Shown here one piece after another: positions 29,899 through 40,320 of a DNA stretch of 64,000 bases (within the stretch, counting starts at the first letter, position 1; every line of letters begins with the position of its first letter). The stretch comes from Candidatus Aminicenantes bacterium (GTDB lineage Bacteria > Acidobacteriota > Aminicenantia > Aminicenantales > JAFGBC01). The position numbers and the translations under genes were made by a program. The stretch is taken from assembly GCA_963702005.1 (NCBI GenBank), contig OY969696.1, positions 1,760,001 through 1,824,000 of the forward strand, given 5' to 3'. The notes beneath the pieces were generated by a model that did not search any database, had not been told where the DNA came from, and worked only from the letters and a program-made list of their open reading frames with translations.

Positions 29899-29974
29899 GG
29901 CGCTATCGTCTAGAGGCCCAGGACAGGTGGTTCTCAGCCATCAGACCGGGGTTCGAATCCCCGTAGCGCTGCCA
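29899..29974 (+). tRNA. tRNA-Glu(CTC)
   Basis: GGCGCTA acceptor stem, anticodon arm GGTGG-TTCTCAG-CCATC, GTTCGAATC T-loop, encoded CCA. Confidence 0.95.
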
Positions 29975-30244
29975 GCCTTAAATCCCCGTATTCCCCTGAT
30001 TTTAAATTGTATTCATGTTTTTCTTGTTTAAGCACCATTAGCCTAGATTAAGCGAGTTAAATCACTTTTTGTTACACAGTTGTGACACGGGGAGAGGTTT
30101 GCAAGGATATCGGACTACCTAGGAATAAGCACCCATGTCCCCCAGGGGAGAGTTTTGGAGTTGGATAATCCCCCTGTTGACACCCCCGTGCGGCGGGGGT
30201 ATCCTGCCAGTGTGGGCAAGAGGGAGATCCAGAGGAGGATCCGC

Positions 30245-31837
30245 ATGGCATGGAGATTGCCGGCATTCATCATCATCGTGATCGCGGCTTTCGGCATACT
30301 GGCGAACATGACTGATGATACTCCGCTCGCCAGAGCGACCGAAACTTCTCCGGCAGGCCCATCGGCGACGGTTCATACCGGAACGGCATCCCAATTTCTT
30401 AGGACTATCATAGGAGTTGGCGTCAAAGGAAACCTGAAGCCCGGGAAAAAGCCGTATGCTGCGGGCACGCGCGTCGAGTTTAATTTCACCCCTGTAGCCG
30501 AGTACTCGGCGGCCATGGTTGTGCTGGACGGCAAGCTTGTCAGGTCGACAGGCACCATCATTATGAGCGCCGATCATTGGATATGGGCATTCGGCAATCC
30601 TGAGAAAGGAACTGCATTCAAGAATGTCATGACCGTGCCCTCCGACGCTACAAAAATCCCTTATCCCGACTTTTATCAGAAGCGGCCCTCATTCACCTTC
30701 AAGGTGGCGGATCCCTATTGCGCGTTGACCTCCAATGTCATTGCCTATCCCCGTTCCTATCTGGGAGCCTTTCCTATGCCTGATGTTATGGGAGCTCCTC
30801 TTCCTTCCAGCATCCCCCGCGGAGTCAGTCCCCACGATGTCTGGAGCCCCACTCTTAATAAAGGCTGTGATGACGATATGCATAGCGCCTTCCTGAGCAC
30901 TCTGCGACGCTGGAAGGAATTGAATGTCCACTATCTCATGATCCCCCAATGGACCCGTGTGGTCGATTGTAAAGCAGATTCATTGCAGCTCGCTACGGGC
31001 GCTGGCATGAATATTCCCGATGCCGAGCTGGCCTGGATCGTCAAGCAAGCTAAGAAGGCAGGATTCGAAGTGTACGAATTGATGCAGGTCGCTTCTCGTG
31101 ATATGAACCAAGTCCTCATGCCTAATCCACCCCCGTTGGACTTTGCTTCCCGTTTCCTCGACGCCTATAAGCGATTTATCGTCGGTCGGGCCGCCCTGGC
31201 GCAGCAGTTGGGGATCGCCGCCTTTCGACTCGACTGGGGGGACTATTGGTTCGACTGGACCCCCTACAAGGATCTCTTCCTGGAGAAAATGACGAAGGCG
31301 GCGAAGCTGGTCCGTAGTGTGTATCACGGGAAAATCATGTGCGGAAATCTTGCCCCCGATATTGAGGAGACGGACGATAATTTTAAGAGCCAATTCGATT
31401 GGTTGGAGCAAGTTTTTACCCTCGGTGGCATCACGGAAGCAGAGAATGCGAACATTACGGTCTCCTTGTTGAAAGAAAAGCTGCTGAATGATTTTACGGG
31501 TATAGCGTACAAGATGGGCTCCGTCAAAAAGCCGGTGTTAATGGGACTTTTTGTACAATCTTACCGCGATTTCCTGGTCAAAGGATGGGTGGAGGACACG
31601 GAGGACACCGGCGAGCAAAAAAAGCTTCAGATCGATTTTTCGGTTCAAGCTATCGCTTACGAGGCAGCGCTGGAGGCGATCGCAGAACAAACTCAATTGA
31701 CGGTGGTCGGCGTAGGAACCTATCATTATTGGTGGACCGACTGCATCCTCCCCAAAGACAGCTTTCCCAATCACTCGGCTTCCATTCGCAACAAACCGGC
31801 GGAGTCTATTCTCTATCAATGGTTCAGGAAACGATAG
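30245..31837 (+). CDS. secreted TIM-barrel glycoside hydrolase-like protein (GH113-like C-terminus)
   Basis: N-terminal hydrophobic helix; QAIAYEAALEAI, YHYWW and NKPAESILYQWF resemble GH113 ends; TTGACA-17-TATCCT promoter upstream. Confidence 0.55.
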   Translation: MAWRLPAFIIIVIAAFGILANMTDDTPLARATETSPAGPSATVHTGTASQFLRTIIGVGVKGNLKPGKKPYAAGTRVEFNFTPVAEYSAAMVVLDGKLVRSTGTIIMSADHWIWAFGNPEKGTAFKNVMTVPSDATKIPYPDFYQKRPSFTFKVADPYCALTSNVIAYPRSYLGAFPMPDVMGAPLPSSIPRGVSPHDVWSPTLNKGCDDDMHSAFLSTLRRWKELNVHYLMIPQWTRVVDCKADSLQLATGAGMNIPDAELAWIVKQAKKAGFEVYELMQVASRDMNQVLMPNPPPLDFASRFLDAYKRFIVGRAALAQQLGIAAFRLDWGDYWFDWTPYKDLFLEKMTKAAKLVRSVYHGKIMCGNLAPDIEETDDNFKSQFDWLEQVFTLGGITEAENANITVSLLKEKLLNDFTGIAYKMGSVKKPVLMGLFVQSYRDFLVKGWVEDTEDTGEQKKLQIDFSVQAIAYEAALEAIAEQTQLTVVGVGTYHYWWTDCILPKDSFPNHSASIRNKPAESILYQWFRKR

Positions 31838-32043
31838 GCCCGCCTTTATCAAGGCCGGAAAGATAAGCATTTCGTTTTCCGCATCCATCAGAAACAGTGG
31901 AGGGGTGCCACAGGAGGAATAAAATGTGTCTAAATTGTGACTGTTCCGTTCTCACAAGGTAAGATCTTATCAGTGTATGAATATAGTGGAGCCCCTAGAT
32001 TTCGGGAGATTGATTAATTTACGATTTTGCTATTAGCGATGCG

Positions 32044-32291
32044 AGGTGGTTCTCAGCCATCAGACCGGGGTTCGAATCCCCGTAGCGCTGCCAGCCTTAA
32101 AACTGCGCTTTCCCCTGATTTTCAATGGTATTTTTGTTTTCCTTGTTTAAGCACCCTTAGCCTAGATTAAGCGAGATTAGGCAGTTATTGTTACACCGGC
32201 GTGACACGGGGAGAGGTCTGTAAGCCATCAGACTAGCAGGGAATGAGCACCCAGACTCCCCCAACGGAGAGTTAGAAGTTGAATAATCCCC
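32044..32291 (+). repeat. att-like duplicate: 3' tRNA-Glu fragment plus ~190 bp of diverged downstream module
   Basis: 32044-32101 is identical (58 bp) to 29925-29982; similarity continues to ATAATCCCC (30173 / 32291). Confidence 0.92.
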
Positions 32292-32569
32292 TTAAATATC
32301 CATGATACTGAAACAAAGCATATCACGTCTAAAATAGTGAGGCGAAAATACGCGAAGAGCGTCAAGTTACCCAATGGGGCCATAGGCGCTGCCTGGCTTT
32401 ATTGCTATAGATAGGAAGAAAAAAGCTTCTTAGTTGGCTGTTTGATCGCCGTACCCATTAAGGCTCCATTCTCGCATGTTTTTCTAATTTACGTGGACCG
32501 ACTTATGGAAGGCAGATCACATCCCAGGCGCGGAACAGCCTGTAGTAACTCATTGAATCTAGACGATGC

Positions 32570-32609
32570 GCGCCCGTAGCTCAGTGGATAGAGCAATGGA
32601 CTTCGAATC
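32570..32609 (+). pseudogene. 5' half of tRNA-Arg(TCG)
   Basis: GCGCCCGTAGCTCAGTGGATAGAGCAATGGACTTCGAATC, followed by non-tRNA sequence. Confidence 0.85.
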
Positions 32610-32951
32610 TGATCCGGCCGGTTTCCCTAGCCTCCTCAAAACAAAGTAATCGTCAGTCTTATCTACGATTTATGAATTATTTCTAGGTATATGGAGGTAT
32701 ACCAAATTATCTGGAAATATACTGGGGATAGTCATAATTTGGTCACAGTCTTGACTGAGAGCCTTGTCGGCCGGAAATACCCGTACTCCCGCTCGAACCG
32801 GCTCTCGTTTTCGGCTCCGAAGCGGTCGAAATGATAGAACAGCATCGGTTTGCGGCAAAAAAATTGAAAATGTGAAACCCAAGTTTCTTGCTTTCCCGTT
32901 CATAATGGGATTATTCGGCGGCCAGCCGGGGCTTATCAACGCGGCCCGGAG

Positions 32952-33587
32952 CTATTTCACTTTGATGATGAAATTTACGGCCGCGTTCTTGGGCCGGGAT
33001 TCCTCACCTGCATTGACGCGCGATTTGGTGTTAAATTTGATGACTCCCAGAATGTTCGCTTTCCCTAAGCCGGTGTTGTCCGCGTTCGCGACGGGACTGC
33101 TGCTGGCCCAGTAAGGATCCTCGACGCTAATGGCCGGTCTTATTGTAGAGCTATGGAGATGGATAGAATGCGAATGAGGTTGCTGGTCATGCGTATGATT
33201 CTGCAACGCGTCTTCTTGCGCCGAGCCCACGCCCGTTGCGTTGCCGCCGGGATTGGATGGCTTGCGCTTGTTGGCGTCGGGATCCCGCCCCGTCCCGGCA
33301 TCGTCACCCCGGAGGAACCTTCCCCTCAGATCGGGCAGGTTGAATTTGTCTCCGGCGCTTCCCCACGAGGTCCCGATGGCCGCAAAGAGTTCTTTATAGA
33401 CCGCTTTGCTCAGCGCGCTGCCGTTGCACAACATCCAGTTCGTCGGAACGGTGCTTGATCCGCCTCCCCAGGCGATGATGGTCCCCACCGGAAGCGAATC
33501 GTCGGTCGCCCTTGTCGGAGCCATGATGCCCACGGTCCCCACAACCGACAATGTTGACAAAACGCCAGCCAATACTAAGTTCTTCAT
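32952..33587 (-). CDS. phage tail-collar domain protein with a signal peptide
   Basis: PVGTIIAW, WMLCNG, ELFAAIG, FNLPDLRGRFLRG, RPKNAAVNFIIK; AGGAGG RBS. Confidence 0.88.
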   Translation of the reverse strand: MKNLVLAGVLSTLSVVGTVGIMAPTRATDDSLPVGTIIAWGGGSSTVPTNWMLCNGSALSKAVYKELFAAIGTSWGSAGDKFNLPDLRGRFLRGDDAGTGRDPDANKRKPSNPGGNATGVGSAQEDALQNHTHDQQPHSHSIHLHSSTIRPAISVEDPYWASSSPVANADNTGLGKANILGVIKFNTKSRVNAGEESRPKNAAVNFIIKVK

Positions 33588-33863
33588 AACTATCCCTCCT
33601 TATAAATATTGGATAAGCCGGATGAGGATTCCCTTTTCGACGGCATCCGCCCCCAAACCGTAATTCAGGTCGATTTCCCATCTTGCTACTTGGAACAAAG
33701 ATAAATCCCTGTCCTGGATATGTCAAGGACGGTGGGATGATGGGTCGCGAGGGCTCGGCGGCCGCACTCATGGAAGCCATGAGTACCGCAAGGCCGCCGG
33801 GGGAGGCCGAAGAGCCGGGAATCCCATCATTTTCAATAAATTTAAGAATGGGGCGGATGAACA

Positions 33864-33917
33864 AGCATCGGACTGTGGATCCGAAGGTTGGGGGTTCGAG
33901 ACCCCTCACTCACCCCA
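33864..33917 (+). pseudogene. 3' fragment of tRNA-His(GTG)
   Basis: AGCATCGGACTGTGGATCCGAAGGTTGGGGGTTCGAGACCCCTCACTCACCCCA; the 5' acceptor strand and D-loop are missing. Confidence 0.88.
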
Positions 33918-34050
33918 CCTTATTTGCCAGTAAATTCAATCACTTGCCCTGTTTCTTCCTTTCCGCTCCAATACCGTAGTTTACCCGCTCTTCAACCGAA
34001 TCTGTGACATATTTGTGACATGGGGCGGAGTCTAGATTTCGATAGATCTG

Positions 34051-34064
34051 TGGACTTCGAATCC
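34051..34064 (+). repeat. tRNA-Arg(TCG) anticodon-arm fragment
   Basis: TGGACTTCGAATCC repeats 32597-32609. Confidence 0.6.
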
Positions 34065-34927
34065 GATTTAACCTGAAAGCCGTCTTGGCCTGTTTTTCCC
34101 TGAAAATAGCCTTAACTCATTGAATATCAGAGCGTTGACCCGTCTTAAATATTCTTAGGCAATTCCGTTTGAACACGTCACTAATCCCGTCAATATTTTC
34201 TGCACAAGTGTTGGTCACTTGCTGCTCCGTTTCATTTTTACAAACGGTAATATTTTTGAATCTGCATTGAATCACTACTTGAACGGGACGCGATGAATTC
34301 TCACCCGAGATTTCGGGCTGACCGGCTGTGTTCCTCATAAAAATCATGGCGGATTATTCCGATTATATGAATGAAATTGGGATGGTCGGCGCGAATAAAA
34401 CCGGGTCGGCCGGTCACAATTTAGCCACAGCGCCGCGGCCGGCATCGGGCTCGATGAGGACGGGATCGGAATGAACGAGTTTATCATCCCGCCCGAGAAG
34501 CGCGGCCTATGCGAGGAGGATCCTGATGTCCGCTGCGGAGTCGCCCGACCCTTCTGGGTCAGGATGGTTCTGCGGGCCTATAAGACCGTCGGCCCGCGCC
34601 TCCGGATTGTTTGCCGTATGCCAAAAGAGCTGGCGATGAGCTACCAGCCGATCACGGCACTCCGGGAGTGGAAGACGCTCGGGGTCTTCGACGATATCAC
34701 GAAGCAGGTCTGAGCGCGTTCAGGCGATTGACATCGCCTCGATGATGACGATACAATAAAAACTTAAGGAGTAGGGGAGATTCAGCGCCGCGAGCGGGCA
34801 TTCATTGCTTCACGAAAAAAACAACTTTTTCTATCTCAAGCCGACCAGCTGGGCGCAATTTAATGTGGCTCAGCCGGGGTCCCGGGGAATTGAATCACCC
34901 CAATTTTCTTCAAATAAGGAGGGGACG

Positions 34928-37708
34928 ATGAAGCCGTTGAGAATGATCCTCATGGGGAGCCTGATTGTCCTGCTCCTTTTCTCGGGGATTGCCTATGGAG
35001 CGGCTTGGGTGACCAAGAGGCTTACGACAACCTCGGGCGATTCGGGGAGCCCGAAGATCGCCGTCGACGGCTCGGCGGTCTATGTCGTCTGGACGGACGA
35101 TACGCCGGGAAATGGCGAAATCTACTTCCGGAAATCGTCCGATGGGGGAGTCGGCTGGCAAGCGGCGCAAAGACTCACCACCAATGTCGGTGACTCCGAG
35201 TCTCCGGCGATAGCCGTCGACGGCTTGAACGTCTATGTCGTCTGGGAGGATTCGACGCCGGGGATCGCCCAGATCTATTTCATGAAGTCCCAGGATGGAG
35301 GAAATCACTGGAAGGCCGCACGCGCCCTGACGGAAAATAAGACGGCGAAAGCGGGAAAGCCGGCCATCGCCGTCGTCGGCGCGAATATCTATGTGGCCTG
35401 GCAGAATGACGAGAGCGCCAAGGGAGGAAATTGCGGGGTCGCCTTGACGAAATCCGCCGACCGAGGAGCCGGTTGGCAGGCCGCTAAAACGCTCTCCGGG
35501 AATACGGGGTCTGCCGACGCCAAAAACCCGGCCGTCGCCGCCGCCGACTCGGGCGTCTATGTCGCCTGGGAAGAGAACACGGCCGGAAACAACGAGATCT
35601 ACTTCAGGAAATCGACGAGCGGAGGCGCCGCCTGGGAAGCTCCCAAGAGACTCACCACGAATTCGGGTTCCTCCAATTCTCCGGCCGTCGCCGCCATGGG
35701 CTCAACGGTCTATATCGCCTGGAGCGACGCCACGCCGGGGAATCCTGAGATCTATTTCCGGGAATCCGCCGATCAAGGAGCCACCTGGCAGCCCGGTTTG
35801 AGGCTCACCAATAATTCAGGCCGCTCCGAGGCTCCGGCCCTGGCCGTCAATGACTCAAGCCTCGATGTCGTCTGGAACGACGACACGCCGGGAAACATGG
35901 AGATCTACCATCGGCAGTCGACGAACGGGGGAGGCGCCTGGCGGGAAATCGAAAGGCTCACGAATAATTCCAGCACTTCCCGCGGCCAATTCCTGGGGGT
36001 CGGGGGCTCACAAATCTTCGTCGTCTGGCAGGATCTGACCCCGGGCAACAATGAAATTTACATCATGCATAAGAAGCCGGATATGAGTCCGATCTCCATA
36101 ATTTTACCGAACGCCTCCTCGGTCTGGGTCATGGGCACGACGGAGAAGATCAAATGGAAGATCCCCGAGGGCCTCGCCGGTCAAATCCATGTGGCGTCCT
36201 CGACGGATGTCCCGGCTATCGATAACGTGAAAATAGATTTGTATAAGGGGTCCACTCTGATCAAACCGATCGTCGCGGAAACAAACGCCGGCGCGGGGGC
36301 ATATTCATGGATGGTCCCGGCCGGCCTGGCGGACGGAACGGATTACATGGTTCGAATCTCGAACTCGACGGACGGCAAGGTCTATGAGGACAGCCCGCTG
36401 TTCGAAATCAGCGGCACGCCGCTCCCGGACCTGATCGTGTACAGCCTGACGCACAGCCCGGCAAACCCGACGATTTTGAATACGATCACGATAACCGCCG
36501 TTGTCAAGAATGTCGGCACGGCTCAGGCCGGCGCCTCGACCCTGCGTCTGAGTGTCGCCTCAGTTGATACGACCCCCACTATTCCCCTGCTTGCGGCGGG
36601 CGCCACAGCAACCGCAACTCGGACCGTGGGGCCTTTGGCGGTCGGAACCTATACGGTGACGGCGGGGGCGGACGACAGCCAGGTGGTTACGGAGTCGCGC
36701 GAAACGAATAATACCGCCGAGGATAGCTTCGTAGTGACCGGGCCGGACCTGATCGTGTATAGCCTGACGCACAGCCCGGCGAACCCAACGACTTTGGATC
36801 AGATCACGGTGACCGCTATCGTTAAGAATATCGGCACGGTTCAGGCTGGCAATTCAACTCTGCTTCTGAGCATCGGTGGCAGTGGTGGCTCGCCTAACTA
36901 TACTCCCGCGCTTGCGGCGGGCGCCAGCGCGACGGTAACCCGGACCGTGGGGCCTTTTTTACCGGTCGGGACCTATCCCGTAACGGCATGGGCTGATGGT
37001 ACCCATGTGATCGCGGAGTCGGACGAAACGAACAACTCCTTGGAGGACAGCTTCTTAGTGATCGTGCCGCCGGACTTAATTATTCAAAGCCTGACGCACA
37101 GCCCGGCGAACGCGACGATGGCGGATAAGAACACGGTCACCGCCGTGGTCAGGAATGCGGGAGGGTCAACCGCCGGCGCCTCGACTTTGCTATTAAGCGT
37201 GGGCGACCTGAAATCGAAAATGGACGTCTCTAAGCTCGCGGCTGGCACAACGTCGACCGTAAATTGGAACGTAGGGCAGTTGTGGACCGGCACGTACACG
37301 ATCTCAGCGACAGCGGACGTCGCTAACGTGGTTGCGGAGTCGGTCGAAAACAACAATACAAAAATTATCTCCGCCTGGATCGCGCCTGCTCCGGACTTGG
37401 CGCCGTCGCTGAGCTACTATATAATCAATGCCAATGGAACAAATTGGTTCATAATAAGTCGGGTGGTAAACAACTACGGGCCCGGGGACGCCCCCTCGTC
37501 ACGGCTCGAATGGTGGAACGAAGACCCTAAGGGAGGATCATATGGGGGAGGGGGGGAGACTATGAGATCGGTCCCGTGGCGGCAGGCAAGCTCTATTACT
37601 TTTATCAATATTTGCTTTTTGATCAAATGGCGCCCGGAACTTGGGTTTTCACCTTGCATTCGCACGGAGTGTCCGAATGGAAATATACTAACAATACGGC
37701 CACATTGA
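34928..37708 (+). CDS. secreted protein: BNR/Asp-box propeller, Kre9-like Ig domain, 3-4 CARDB domains
   Basis: Repeats VYV.W.D.TPGN.EIYFRKS.DGG..W; PDLIVYSLTHSP...ES.E.NN CARDB repeats conserved at the DNA level. The C-terminus looks degenerate. Confidence 0.85.
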   Translation: MKPLRMILMGSLIVLLLFSGIAYGAAWVTKRLTTTSGDSGSPKIAVDGSAVYVVWTDDTPGNGEIYFRKSSDGGVGWQAAQRLTTNVGDSESPAIAVDGLNVYVVWEDSTPGIAQIYFMKSQDGGNHWKAARALTENKTAKAGKPAIAVVGANIYVAWQNDESAKGGNCGVALTKSADRGAGWQAAKTLSGNTGSADAKNPAVAAADSGVYVAWEENTAGNNEIYFRKSTSGGAAWEAPKRLTTNSGSSNSPAVAAMGSTVYIAWSDATPGNPEIYFRESADQGATWQPGLRLTNNSGRSEAPALAVNDSSLDVVWNDDTPGNMEIYHRQSTNGGGAWREIERLTNNSSTSRGQFLGVGGSQIFVVWQDLTPGNNEIYIMHKKPDMSPISIILPNASSVWVMGTTEKIKWKIPEGLAGQIHVASSTDVPAIDNVKIDLYKGSTLIKPIVAETNAGAGAYSWMVPAGLADGTDYMVRISNSTDGKVYEDSPLFEISGTPLPDLIVYSLTHSPANPTILNTITITAVVKNVGTAQAGASTLRLSVASVDTTPTIPLLAAGATATATRTVGPLAVGTYTVTAGADDSQVVTESRETNNTAEDSFVVTGPDLIVYSLTHSPANPTTLDQITVTAIVKNIGTVQAGNSTLLLSIGGSGGSPNYTPALAAGASATVTRTVGPFLPVGTYPVTAWADGTHVIAESDETNNSLEDSFLVIVPPDLIIQSLTHSPANATMADKNTVTAVVRNAGGSTAGASTLLLSVGDLKSKMDVSKLAAGTTSTVNWNVGQLWTGTYTISATADVANVVAESVENNNTKIISAWIAPAPDLAPSLSYYIINANGTNWFIISRVVNNYGPGDAPSSRLEWWNEDPKGGSYGGGGETMRSVPWRQASSITFINICFLIKWRPELGFSPCIRTECPNGNILTIRPH

Positions 37709-37786
37709 CATATATCAAATGAGGATCGTCCTTCTACGGATAAAGAACAGATCTGCGCTTCGATAAAAAGTAGGAGTGGGGTCAAG

Positions 37787-37843
37787 CCTACACTTTGGCA
37801 CTAAGTGCAAATTGTCATTTTGTACGTTTTGCCAAGGTGTAGG
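37787..37843. repeat. inverted repeat between convergent genes
   Basis: CCTACACTTTGGCA ... TGCCAAGGTGTAGG (13/14 match). Confidence 0.5.
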
Positions 37844-37873
37844 GGCGAGCCGAACCTCAAAGCGCTTATCGAC

Positions 37874-39994
37874 TTAACGAGCGTCCTTAGGTTTCGCCGA
37901 TTTTGAGGGCGGTGAAACTTTCGCGACAATAGCATCAAAACCGCCGCGATTCGTTTTTTGAAAAGCATCTTTGGTCGGGAAATTGACGCTCTTAGTGCCC
38001 CCCGTCAGATAGGCTGCGCCGCCGCCGTCCAGAGCCACTTTCGTGCCGTAATCATCGGCCGTCCCGCCCAGATAAGTCGAATAGACAAGACCTTTTCCGG
38101 TCGGGGATAGGTTCGTTATGAATAGGTCATATTTTCCCCGATTCGTTTTCTGATAGGCGTCCTTGAGGGGGAAATTCTTGCTGCTGGTGCCGCCCGTCAC
38201 CCAGGCTGCTCCCGTGCCGTCGACGGCGATGCCGCCGCCAAAATCCTCGCCGGTCCCACCTAGAAAAGTGGAATATTCAAGAGTTTGACCGGTCGAGGAG
38301 AGCTTGGTGACAAAAGTATCGACATTGCCACGATTCGTTTTCTGAAAGGGAGTCTTGGTCGGGAAATCGGTGCTCCCGGTAGCGCCCGTCACGTAGGCCG
38401 CGCCGCTGTTATCGACGGCGATACTATAGGCAAAATCCATATCCTCCCCTCCCAGATAGGTTGAAAAGACAAGGCCTGTGCCGCTCGCGGAGAGCTTTGT
38501 GACAAATGCGTCAGCCCCCCCTTGCCCCGAGACGTTCTGATAAGCATTCTTGACGGGGAAATTCTTGCTGCTGGTGCTGCCTGTCACATAGGCCATCTTC
38601 TTAAGATCTACGGCGATTCCGAAGCCGACATCATTGTCGGCCCCGCCCAAAAAGGTGGAATAAACGAGCGCTTGGCCGGTCGGGGCGAGCTTCGTTACAA
38701 AGGCATCGAGTTTTCCGTGATTTTTTTTCTGGCAAGCTACCTGGGTGGGAAAATCGGTGCTCCAGGTTTCACCTGTGACATAGGCCGCTCCATCGCTGTC
38801 GACAGCTATGGAATTGGAGGTATCCGAATTGGCCCCGCCCAAATAGGTGGAATAGTCGATGGCCTGTCCGGACGGGGCGAGCTTCGTCACGAATCCATCG
38901 CCTCCGCCGCGATTCGAATTCTGAAAGGCATTCTTAACCGGAAAATTGGGGCTTAAGGTCGATCCCGTAACGTAGGCCGCCCCGTCGCCGTCTACGGCTA
39001 TGCCCTCGCCGTCCTCATTGTAGCGCCCGCCTAGGTAGGTGGAATAGACAAGGCTTTTGCCGCTCGGGGACAGCTTGGTGATGAAGATGTCATGCGTGCC
39101 GCCGTTCGTTTTCTGGCAGGCTGTCTTCATGGGAAAGTTCGTGCTGTCGGTTTCGCCCGTAACGTAAACCGCTCCAAGGCTATCCGCGGCGATCGCCCCG
39201 ACAATTTCGTAATAAGAACCGCCGAAGTAATCGTTCCCCGACCCGCCCAGGTAAGTGGAATAGACCAGGACGACGGGGTCGATGATTAAATCATAAGCGG
39301 GATTGAAATCCTTAACGCCGAATCCATATTCATCTTGTCCTATCCGTTTAAAAGCGGCTTCGACCTCAACACGTTTGCCCCCCATCGTCTGATAGCCTGT
39401 CGGCTTGCGATGCCTGAGCTCGCCAAATGTGCCCTCAACGATCAAATCTCCTTCTTTATCTATCCTCGTCGCTTTCAGGCCGCTGTATTTAAGGCGGAGG
39501 CTGTCAAGCTTTCCGCCGGGCTTAATGATCCAGTCATATTCAATCTGTCTTTCCAGGCCATAGACCTCGAGGTCGATATTCCTGTAGATATTTTTATACA
39601 AGACCGCGTTCGATGCCGGGATGCCTGTCCGCCATTGAGAGGGGTCGTTGCCGATAAAATAGCTCACCCGGCATTCCGTCGGCTGATAGGGCACAAGTTC
39701 GACATCTTTATTGGCGTTCAGGAAGACCAGGCTTGATATATCCCGCTCGAATTCCGCTTCTCTCTTTATGGCATCAAAAACCAGTCCCTCTTTCGTCATC
39801 CATAGCGTATACCCTGAAGCCTTGGCATAAAACAGCGCTTCGCTGTCTGCTTGTCCCTGGTTGGGTATAAAATAGAGCGGGATGTTCCCATAATCGGGTT
39901 CGGGTATCTTCCCGCTTTGCCTTATTTCACCCGCCATGGAAACAAGGAAAAGGCCAAACGTCAGCAACCCCAAGCCTACCATAAATCTTTTCAT
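37874..39994 (-). CDS. SBBP (seven-bladed beta-propeller) repeat protein
   Basis: FIPNQGQ and YFIGNDPSQW N-terminal domain; repeated YSTYLGG...GIAVD..GAAYVTG.T.S.NFP. Confidence 0.92.
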   Translation of the reverse strand: MKRFMVGLGLLTFGLFLVSMAGEIRQSGKIPEPDYGNIPLYFIPNQGQADSEALFYAKASGYTLWMTKEGLVFDAIKREAEFERDISSLVFLNANKDVELVPYQPTECRVSYFIGNDPSQWRTGIPASNAVLYKNIYRNIDLEVYGLERQIEYDWIIKPGGKLDSLRLKYSGLKATRIDKEGDLIVEGTFGELRHRKPTGYQTMGGKRVEVEAAFKRIGQDEYGFGVKDFNPAYDLIIDPVVLVYSTYLGGSGNDYFGGSYYEIVGAIAADSLGAVYVTGETDSTNFPMKTACQKTNGGTHDIFITKLSPSGKSLVYSTYLGGRYNEDGEGIAVDGDGAAYVTGSTLSPNFPVKNAFQNSNRGGGDGFVTKLAPSGQAIDYSTYLGGANSDTSNSIAVDSDGAAYVTGETWSTDFPTQVACQKKNHGKLDAFVTKLAPTGQALVYSTFLGGADNDVGFGIAVDLKKMAYVTGSTSSKNFPVKNAYQNVSGQGGADAFVTKLSASGTGLVFSTYLGGEDMDFAYSIAVDNSGAAYVTGATGSTDFPTKTPFQKTNRGNVDTFVTKLSSTGQTLEYSTFLGGTGEDFGGGIAVDGTGAAWVTGGTSSKNFPLKDAYQKTNRGKYDLFITNLSPTGKGLVYSTYLGGTADDYGTKVALDGGGAAYLTGGTKSVNFPTKDAFQKTNRGGFDAIVAKVSPPSKSAKPKDAR

Positions 39995-40320
39995 CGATCT
40001 TTCCTCTCCTCAGAAAGTTTAGCGTTTTTGTTGTTGGAAAACCTCGATTTATTTATAAATATTCGCTCCGCTCAATAATGTCAAGGAATTATTGGCTGTC
40101 GATCGATCAAGGGCCTTTCCTGATCCGGCGGAACCCACTAGACTGGCCGGGATGACAAACGGCGTCCTAAAATCCCCACGCCTAATCTGCCGCTCCACGG
40201 GGGCGCCCTTCTGCGTCATCAATCTGTTACCGATAGCACGCGGGAAAAAGTGTGCCTACTCAATCGTTTGATTTTCTGCCTCAACCTCTGCTATAAGTTA
40301 AAGCGCTGGCCGGGGATGAG

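Noticed and set aside
32952-33587. Prophage suggested by the tail-collar gene
   Set aside because: No capsid, terminase, portal or integrase genes nearby.
32570-33917. Split or intron-containing tRNA formed from the Arg 5' half and His 3' part
   Set aside because: Anticodons differ, the segments overlap, the acceptor strands (GCGCCCG vs CACTCAC) do not pair, and no intron structure is evident.
34471-34713. 80-aa ORF inside the island
   Set aside because: No recognisable family; possibly a remnant. No integrase catalytic motif visible.
36420-37110. DNA repeats CCGGACCTGATCGTGTA...GCACAGCCCGGC as a possible CRISPR array
   Set aside because: Spacing is ~320 bp and in frame; these are CARDB domain starts. 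No cas genes.
37900-39270. Regular ~190-bp repeats
   Set aside because: Coding SBBP blade repeats.
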